A DNA stretch of 40,995 bases from Dimargaris cristalligena (taxonomy: Eukaryota). Under the pieces are notes generated by a model. It ran no database searches and was not told where the DNA came from. It saw only the letters and a program-made list of their open reading frames with translations. Each line of letters begins with the position of its first letter. The stretch's first letter is position 1. Both the position numbers and the translations under genes were made by a program. The stretch is taken from positions 1 to 40,995 of the forward strand of contig ML002333.1 in the NCBI GenBank assembly GCA_003614675.1. Reading direction: 5' to 3'. Positions 32,603 through 40,995 of the stretch are shown here, piece after piece.

Positions 32603-35600
32603 ATGGACCCAACTACACCATCCGAAACGGCCGCTTTGCCCTTGAATCCGGTTATTCCTCCGCGGAACATTCGCGATGCGTTGCCCTACCTTCCCATGCC
32701 CTCGCTAACCCCCGTGGTTTCCGGTACGTACACGGACAGTAACCATCGGCGCCATTCACCCGGTGGCAGCGCATTGTACGAGCCTCGCACACTGTATCCT
32801 ATAGTCCCGCTTATTTAGTTCCTTGCCTACACCATTCGGCCCGGTCCATCTTATAATTAACCCATTCGTCACCAATGCAATGCATATACTTTAACTTCTC
32901 TGTAGTGATGGGAGGCATTGAGGCACCCAGGGTTAAGCTGCGCGATCTAGTGGACTATGACTTATCGTTCGACCAGCACACGGTAACTCAGCCGACCCTC
33001 CATACCACTGAGTCGCCCTATCTACAGGCCCTAATCGACCAAATCGACCACAGCCTGGCTCGAATGTAAGTAGTCCACAGTCGTTGGCTAAACCTATAAC
33101 CTACCGGCTACTTAGAATACCCGTTGTTCCACGGCTGGGTCGGTGTCATGGGCGTAAATTAGGATGGGCTTTAGAAGACCGCATACAACCGCAAAGGGTT
33201 CCGCAGTAAGCAATCGCCATCGCACAGGTTCAAGAGCTATCCAATTATTTAATTGGATACTTTGAACCCAATTCAACCTCAGCTCTTCCGCTGCGCCGAC
33301 CCTCTGCCTCCCATGGGCATCTTGCCCATCCCATCTCCAGTATACTTAACTGGGTCTAACTCACTACCCCCTTCTTTCCTTCGTTAATTTGCAACAAATC
33401 TGTTTCTAAATCTCCCATGCACTTTCCAACGGCCGTGTCAATTAGCCAATTGCATATACGGAGTGTTCCTGGCATTTCAGAACCCGTTCCAGGGCTTCGC
33501 TTATCCATGCCCCAGCATACGGGTGTAGCTAACGATATTCTAACGAAGTGCCGCCGAGTTAATATGCCCCCACCGGGCCCCGTATATCCACTGGCTAGTC
33601 CCCATGCCCTGCGCCGTCAACTGGAGAATTATCGCAACTCAGTGTTTACACGCCATGGGATCCCCGACCCTACTAAAGTCACCAAACCGCCTAAAATAAC
33701 CGCCCCCGTCCCTGCTGAACCCACACCAGAATCCTCGCGGAACGCTAGCTCATTATCACCTGGTGTCCATGTTATAATTGAGGCACCCACTCAAGCCATG
33801 CTCAAAACTGCCAAAGTCGAACCACCAACTACTGTCCCGATATCGAATGTACCAGAGGCCGCATTCCAAACCCTGGACAGCTTCATAACTGAGATTTTCA
33901 GTGCCGAAGATACCCTTGCCCAGGAAACCACCTCTCTAGCCGGCCCTACTACCGGTTCGTCCATGTCCAATAAAATGTTTCGCGTCGAATCTGGGGACTC
34001 CATGTGGACCCCTACCCTTCGTCAAGAGGTCCTCCGCCGCCTCCGCCGCGGAATCGCTAAAGCGGCCCAATATCAACAGCTGGTCCGCTTCTCGACCGGT
34101 GATTTAGCGCGGTTACTCAAAATTCTGGAACAATCCATCCAGGAGGCCGACAAAATTGACTTGAAGGCCGTTTTTGGGGAGCAGCTGGACCGGGTACCTA
34201 TAGACCAGGCGACCGACATGGAGCGGGAGGGCCAGCTCGAAGTAATGGAAGCCCTGGAGGTAGCGGCCCAAACAGTCGCCAACGGTATCGAGGCCTCTAT
34301 GTGCGTCATGGCTGTGCTCACCGGCGGCCCTCTCAGCAAAAAGGTAAGCCGTCCTCGCTATTCAGTCCGGCCTATCATTTATTTGAATTTGCCCTATTAT
34401 TACGTCAATACGACATTGGTGTCTCAACAGTACCAGTTTAATTGTTAGTCTAACGACGCATGTTTTTACTTTCCACTGAAACCTATCTCTATTATATTAA
34501 GCTATACAACGAGGACCTAATCGTTACCATTCTAGCCGTGATCAAAAAGCAGCTAAACGACTTTGTCTGTGTCCAATTCGAGCTAAAGGATAATGAAGAC
34601 GACCGCCTAAACCAATTCCTGGCCCGTGATAGTAAGGTCCGCCGCCTTCTGTCTGGGCTGGTTCCCAGCCTCTCAGCCATTATGGAAAGCTGGATCGGAC
34701 TTCTAGCCTGTCACGACTTTTCAGATTCGGTCGTCATTTCCTTAGGGTTCATCACCATCCCCATATTCTTCATCGACTTGAGCAAATCCCTCCGCCTCCT
34801 CACAACTAACAATTTGGCCGCGCTACGGCTCACCGCCCTGCATCTCCTGCGAGCCATTTTTGCCCAGTACCCGAGTCAACGCACCTGGATTCTCGAGGAA
34901 ATCCTTTGTTCGTTGATCAAACTGCCCACAGCCAGCCGGAATTTACGCCAGTATAAATTGGTTGAAGGCAGGTCTATTCAGTTGGTAGCCGCCCTGGTTA
35001 TGCAGTTGATCCAGAGCTGTGCCGAAATCCCCCTCACCACCCGGTCGTTTATCGAAAACGGGTCCCTCAAAGTCGCGGAACCCGACTCCGAAACCACTGC
35101 CACCACTCCGACGACTCTATCAGCCAACTCTCTCGAGATTAAACAAACTTACCAGGATGCCAAAGAGTACCTTCGCCACTTCAAAGGGGTGGTGGACGCG
35201 GCAGGGGCTTGTGCATCCTATGTAGTTAAGTTCCTGCTGGGACGATGCGCTAAAACCAAACACTCCAATGAGCTGGAGTACAAAGTCCTTTTGGAAAATT
35301 TAATGGACGATGTACTTACTGCGCTGGGGCACCCCGAGTGGCCCGTGGCCGAACTGATTCTCCGCGTCTTTGTCAAACACCTGATGTCGTACGCCGACGA
35401 CAAGAAAGCCGACCATACCCTCAAGACCATCAGTATCGACTATCTCGGCACCATTGGGGCCCGAATTAAGAAATGGCATCCTCTGCAGGCCCTACCTCTC
35501 GAAATGGGGGATTCTAGTGGGAAGCGGTCGCCCCCTGCCCTATCCGCGGAAACCGTGGCCCTGTTTACCGAACCGGAACTCGACCTCATCCATTTAGCCA

Positions 35601-38600
35601 CCCTTGAAATGCGCCAGATTCCCTTGGGCGATATCACCGGCGCCACTCCCATCGCGGCTATCCACCACCTGTGGGACGATCAGCAGGCTGTCCTGATCTA
35701 CCTTCACCATAGCCTTCGGAGTAACCATGAGCTCCGCGAGGCCGCTTGCTTCCAACTGGCGGAGTGGGGATTCAGCGGCTTCAATGCATTGGTACGGTAT
35801 GGTCACGGGGAGGCTCGTGATGAATTTGATGAATTGATGCCTGAAGTTCTGAAGCAACTCTTGAGCCGGGTTTGCCACTGGTATCAGCGTACCTCCCGCC
35901 ACATTCAGCGGGGTACAGTGGACCCCATCACTAATTCATCGGCAGGAGCGGACGAACCCCTGGATATGGAGCGTAATTTAGCGAATGTTGCGGCCGAGAT
36001 TCTGGCCTCTCGTCAGCCCCTTTACCAAAGCTTCGACGCTATTCTGGCCCGAATTCTAGCCGCCCTTGACCTGAATATTGTCGCTTTCCGTACAAAGGCC
36101 CTGAAGGCCCTGGGCCAGATTATCGGCGTCTACCCAGTTATTCTCAGCCAGGCCAATGTTAAGGCTGCTATTAACCAACGCCTACAGGATAGCTCCCCCG
36201 CCGTGCGTGATGCGGCCATTGAACTGGTTAGTCGCTATTTGTCCCACCGCCCCGACATCATTCAGCAGTACTACCGCCCAATTAGTGAACGCATCCTAGA
36301 CATGGGTCTTAATGTTCGTAAACGGGTGATTCGGCTGCTTCGCGACATTTATAGTCAAATTCAGGACCAAGAGATGCAAATCGATATTGCCGACCGTATT
36401 ATGCACCGTATCAATGATGAGGATAGTAACGTAAGCCAGTTGGCTTACAAAACTATCCAGGAATTATGGTTCAGCGACCTCAAGGCCGACGTCCAACGAG
36501 CTGCCCAATCGACATCCTCGGGAGGGACAAACTTGCCCGACCTGGGTTTCGGAAGTCCGAATGACGCTCTAGTCCCCAATGGGTCCCATTTAGGGGTTGG
36601 AGGGGGAATGCAGCCCGCCGCTACGGGGTTGATGAGTGATTCGAACTATCACTTGGGCACCGAAACCGCTGGGGGCACGTCCGACTTCGCCTCTCTTTCG
36701 GCCCCAGAACGGGCGGCTGTCGCAGCGCGCTACGAAATCATCTTAGGAGTAATACAAAAGCCGGTGGGGGGTTCTAACCAAAGCGAAGTCATGGGTGAAG
36801 TCATTCGGCAGTTGCTTGTGCGGGCGGATAAGACCGAACTGACTCCCCTACTGACCCTCTACTCGATTTATGTTGAAGCCCTTATGGACCACCTTCTTAC
36901 CCTGGAAGAGGCCAACGATCACACCGAAATCCAGCGTTGCGTTCACCTCTTATACCTATTCAGCGTCGCCCGGCCCCAGCTATTTACCGAAGCCCATGTG
37001 ATGGCCCTTCTGCCCTATCTCAAGGACAGCGCCAGTCCTAATGAGCAGCGGGTCTTGCAGTACGTTCTAATGGCTATCCAACAGGCCCTCCCTGAACTGG
37101 GACACCCCAGCCCCGACATGTTAGTACAAATCGAAAAGGAACTGCTGGCCATATTGACCAAAAGCCCTCAGCTGATTCTGAATGTGGCGGTACCCTGTCT
37201 GTGTCGTATCGTGACTAGCCAGACCAAGTCCTTCCATTTTCTTACTCGTATTTTAAGATCCTGCGTCGACAAACTTACCTCGGAGATTCGTGGGTTAAAG
37301 ACCGGGAAGCCTCTGGCCGCCCCTAAATCGGTAATGCGCATGATGATTTTGCTGGGTCTTTTAGGGCGCTATTTCGATTTCGATGTCCATCGGGCGAAAT
37401 ACCCTGACAAATTCAAGGAGCTTCACTCCTATCCCGTTGGGCAAGTCAATGCCCGTATCTTCAACAGTATCATTTATTTTACCGCCCCGACTCTCGCCCG
37501 TCCGGTTCGGCTCGGTGCCTTACAAAGTATCGGGCAACTATTCCAGGCCCACCCTACCCTCATGCTTCAAACCGAGAGCCGCAAGCTCATGGACGCGGTG
37601 TTCAGTAGTGGAGATCCCGAGCTGTTGCTTCAGTTACTGAAGTGTTTCGCCGAGTATCTGGCCAACGAACAAATGAAGCTCGGCAACGAATCGGGGAAGG
37701 ATGCGGGATTGGGCACTTTAACCACTTCCACCTCTGGCAATGGGAGCGGTGGTGGTGGTGGTAGTGCGGGGTCAACCAAGCGGGGGTCTAAAACGGTGGA
37801 TTTATCTATTCTGATTGGAAATGCCCAGGAACTCGGCGAGGCTGGTGTGGGTAGTTCGTTAATGCAATGCTACCTGGACGACATTATCCAGTGTGTAATG
37901 CTCAAGTCACAACCCCTAAAAATTGTCGCAACGGACGTGATTGGGTGTATCATCACTCAGGGTCTAGCCCACCCTCTAAAGGTAGGAAATGTTATTACTT
38001 GTACACACATGTTTGACCCATTATGAAGCCAGCCATCTATTGGAACCAGCGAACAAATTACTGCCATACTACCAGCCATGGAAATGCGGAACCGGGGGGT
38101 TAGTTTTCCAATTTTACGACTTGGTACAATGTGTAGTAGACTGGTGACGATACACTATTTTTCAAATATAATCCGTATCTGACCATCCCACTTCAGAAAT
38201 ACCTTTCTTTTATGCCCAACCTCCCCCTACTAGTGCGTGCCAATTCTAGTAGCCCTTCAAACCGATTCCCACTTGGGACTGCGTGATAAAGCCACCAAAT
38301 TGCATAACCAACTCAATGGCAAATTCTCCTCGTTTATCCATTCCCGCACTCTCGATGGGGTTCGCAAGGCCTTCGAATACCAAACTGCGCTCAAAAGCGG
38401 GAGCGGTGCGCCCGTGGCTGGTTATACGCTGGACCATAAGGAGAATCGCCCCCGGGCCCTGGTGGACACTTACTACGGGATTCTACGGGAGAAAAAGAAT
38501 CGGCGCAACGATTTTTTACATGGACTGGTGAAGACGTTTGATATGGATCTGCACCATCACATGAATCACGCGACCAATACGGGGGAGATCGACATCGCCT

Positions 38601-39813
38601 TTTGTAAATTTCTGGCGGAAACGTTGTTTGCCCTGGACTATAAATTGATCGAAGAGGCGCTCTATGTTATTTATTGTATCCAGCGGCTGTTGGCAGTGAC
38701 TGGGCTACATATTCAACATCAGTTTAGCCAGGGGTTTGCGGAGTTGTCCAAAGGTAGGCGCCTATTACCAAACTTGAAAATGATATTCCACTGATTTTAC
38801 CGCGTAATTCATAATGTATAGGGGCCGTGGCATGTAACGCGTGTCCTTTCACCTTTTAATTCACATGATTATTAATATCGACATTCCATTACATGCATGT
38901 TTTGGCAATGTAATATCTGTACACACCTTGACATCATTTAGAATCCCAAATTGCCTTAGCTAAAATATCGATTTGTGTGGGCATGCTAGTCCTATTGAAG
39001 GATCATCTCAAGCTAACCTATTCGCTCACCGAGTCCCGCTGTCAGCAATTCAGCCCATCCGACACGGGTATGCTTAAGGACAAGTACTTGACGCGGCATC
39101 AGGCGGCCCCACTTATTTTTAAATGGGATAAGTTACCCTACGTCAATAAGGAGATTGTCACCGATCACGATCTGCAAGTCCAGCGCCTAACGGTAAGTAC
39201 CAGCTATGTTTCCCTAATGAACCCATATTTATTTTTTCTATTCAGCTGCATTCCTAAATGTTGAGGTGTACTAATACTTTACCTGGCTCTCGCTTGATTT
39301 TGGCCTATCCAGTACTGCTCACTGGTAGGGGATATTGAAGACTCGCCCTCCACTGCATCCGCCGTGGACATTTCGCCCGCCAAAGCAGCTGACCACACAG
39401 TTGAGTTCACCAAACCCTCGCCCTGTAGAGAAAATGACTCCTCCGGTCCTGAAAACCCTGCGGCAGCCCCGTTCCAGCACCATTTCGAGTTGACGATTGA
39501 ATCCACAGTCGGGACCCAAGGAGACACGGCGGAATATCCGGTGCCTACTCATGCAACACCTACCTTCCGCAGCATTGCCAGCAAAGCCAACGCAGCGCGA
39601 ATGTCCAATAACCAGCCCACATTTTCGGTATTCAATAGTGCTACTGTGTACCAAGGGGTGGTTGAATCCTCAACTCCTGGTGCCAAGCGGTCCCACCCAA
39701 CCGATGCCCGCGGAAGTATAGAAACCCCCACTCCACCGGGTACCCACACCCAGCACTATTCCAGCCCCTCCAACTCAGACTACACTAAACGCCCACGATA
39801 CGAAGACGACTAA
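32603..39813 (+). CDS. SCC2: Cohesin loader Scc2/Mis4/NIPBL, ~1976 aa; exons 32603-32723, 32906-33065, 33446-34343, 34502-37981, 38234-38753, 38942-39192, 39313-39813
   Basis: YPSQRTWILEEIL.SL.KLP, IQLVAALVMQLIQ, LGHPEWPVAELIL, RTKALKAL, RLQDSSPAVRDAAIELV, ERILDMGLNVRKRVIRLLRDI, QGLAHPLK|CVPILVALQTD, LLKDHLK..YSL. Six GT-AG introns give 5931 nt in one frame. The first two junctions are less certain. Confidence 0.93.
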
Positions 39814-40133
39814 CTCTCCTATTACCGACGAACTGGCTAAAGATAATCCGTTATTTCGTAATAATTTTCAATTAGATCCGAGTGCTTTTATTGTGTACAT
39901 CTAATGAAACGTATGCTATAGTCATAATTACTTCTTCCGAATATAAGCGGGTGGGTTTTTTTGGAGAAGGAGAGGTAGTCAACGAGCAGCAGCAAGAATT
40001 TATGTGGTGGATGAGGGGAATATCGGGTGTGCATCTTGGATGGACTTCACTCAAAATGCAAGTTAATGCCAAATAGGGTTTTGTGACGGTGAATAGCTGC
40101 AGTAATCGAGAACCGAATGCATCCGCCCCTCCA

Positions 40134-40156
40134 TAGATTATCACGTGACTAATCTA
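40134..40156. promoter_or_regulatory. Near-perfect 23-bp palindrome centred on E-box TCACGTGA
   Basis: TAGATTA-TCACGTGA-C-TAATCTA, about 410 bp upstream of the AsnRS ATG. Confidence 0.5.
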
Positions 40157-40187
40157 AATCGTCGTCGCAATCCAAGGGGAGAGATAA

Positions 40188-40194
40188 TGAGTCA
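40188..40194. promoter_or_regulatory. Gcn4/CpcA-type (AP-1) element TGAGTCA
   Basis: Perfect TGACTCA on the minus strand, about 370 bp upstream of an aminoacyl-tRNA synthetase gene. Confidence 0.45.
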
Positions 40195-40560
40195 AATACA
40201 AAGCTTGGAAGGCTCATGATCCGAAATTGGAGCCCTTCTTAGCTTATCGGAAAGTGATTTGATGGTTTATTAGTGAATTGTCGGCCAATGGCCGCTACGC
40301 AACACCCAACACTTGTTTCCCCCTGCTGCCCATATCTTTTTATACGGTGGCCTTTTTTTTCATGCATCGGCAGGACAAGCTAAATAGGCCGGTCCTTGCC
40401 AACGGTGGCTCCGGGTTAAGTCGGGATAATTGGCGATTTTCATGACTATACCAGTCCGGTGGCACATTCGACCTATTCGGGTGTATCTTCTTTCTTTTAT
40501 ATTATATTATATTATTATTTTTAGTCCAATACTTGCGTTTACCATTATTGAATAAAAGCC

Positions 40561-40995
40561 ATGTCCCAAGCTACCGCTGAAGCTAAAGGTACGTTCCCCA
40601 GTATGTACAATTTTTTTTTGGCGCGAACCCAGCGAATGGAAATTCCATACCCTTCGAGAGGAATTGTCGTGCATCCCTATTACCCCGGTGCACTCCCGCT
40701 TTGTACCCTACCCTACTGGATATGTATTCAAAAGCGGTCCTTTTGACTAATTCCGTGTCCTTCCTCCCTGCCCAAATTTACCTATCCCATTTCCCGTTCA
40801 CGCAGTCGCCCAGCCGTCGACCATCTACTACGTAGATGAGGTCAATGGCAACGATGCCCAGGGCACTGGTACCGAGACCGCCCCCTTCCAATCCGCCGGC
40901 CGGGCCTTCGACCTGTGCAAAGACCTGTCAGCCCTGCAGCTGTACACCGCCCAGGCCGCTAAGCCCGACGAGCCCGAAGCCCCCAAATTCGCCCC
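40561..40995 (+). CDS. DED81: Cytosolic asparaginyl-tRNA synthetase, 5' part; exons 40561-40588 and 40806->40995 (runs off the window)
   Basis: GCCATG start, GTACGT donor at 40589, GACTAAT branch at 40745, CAG at 40805. Spliced MSQATAEAKVAQPSTIYYVDEVNGNDAQGTGTETAPFQS matches the eukaryotic AsnRS N-terminal domain pattern (YV...G.D..G.GTE..PF). The catalytic domain is not visible. Confidence 0.75.

Noticed and set aside
23583..39749. Many short overlapping or antisense ORFs within TAO3 and SCC2 (also within the PPR gene, SHE9 and ERV41)
   Set aside because: Expected shadows of long, moderately GC-rich coding sequences.

Overview
Gene-dense eukaryotic (fungal) genomic DNA with GT-AG spliceosomal introns. 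The protein style suggests an early-diverging fungus such as Zoopagomycota, which is an inference only. Left to right: a CpG-free probable repeat/transposon relic (1-512); a 1903-aa PPR protein (-); a 125-aa secreted, Kex2-type cationic protein (-); SHE9/MDM33 (-); ERV41 (-) head-to-head with YAE1 (+); a 58-aa secreted peptide ORF missing from the ORF track (+); a 4-exon DUF455 ferritin-like gene (-); ERG28 (-); TAO3/Furry (-) head-to-head with the 7-exon cohesin loader SCC2 (+); and the 5' end of cytosolic Asn-tRNA synthetase (+). I reconstructed exon structures by hand and they close in frame. I found no tRNA, rRNA, CRISPR array or intact mobile element, and no clearly new multi-gene system. 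The best leads are the two orphan secreted peptides, introns with long AG-free zones and apparently distant branch points, and the palindrome plus Gcn4-type site upstream of AsnRS.
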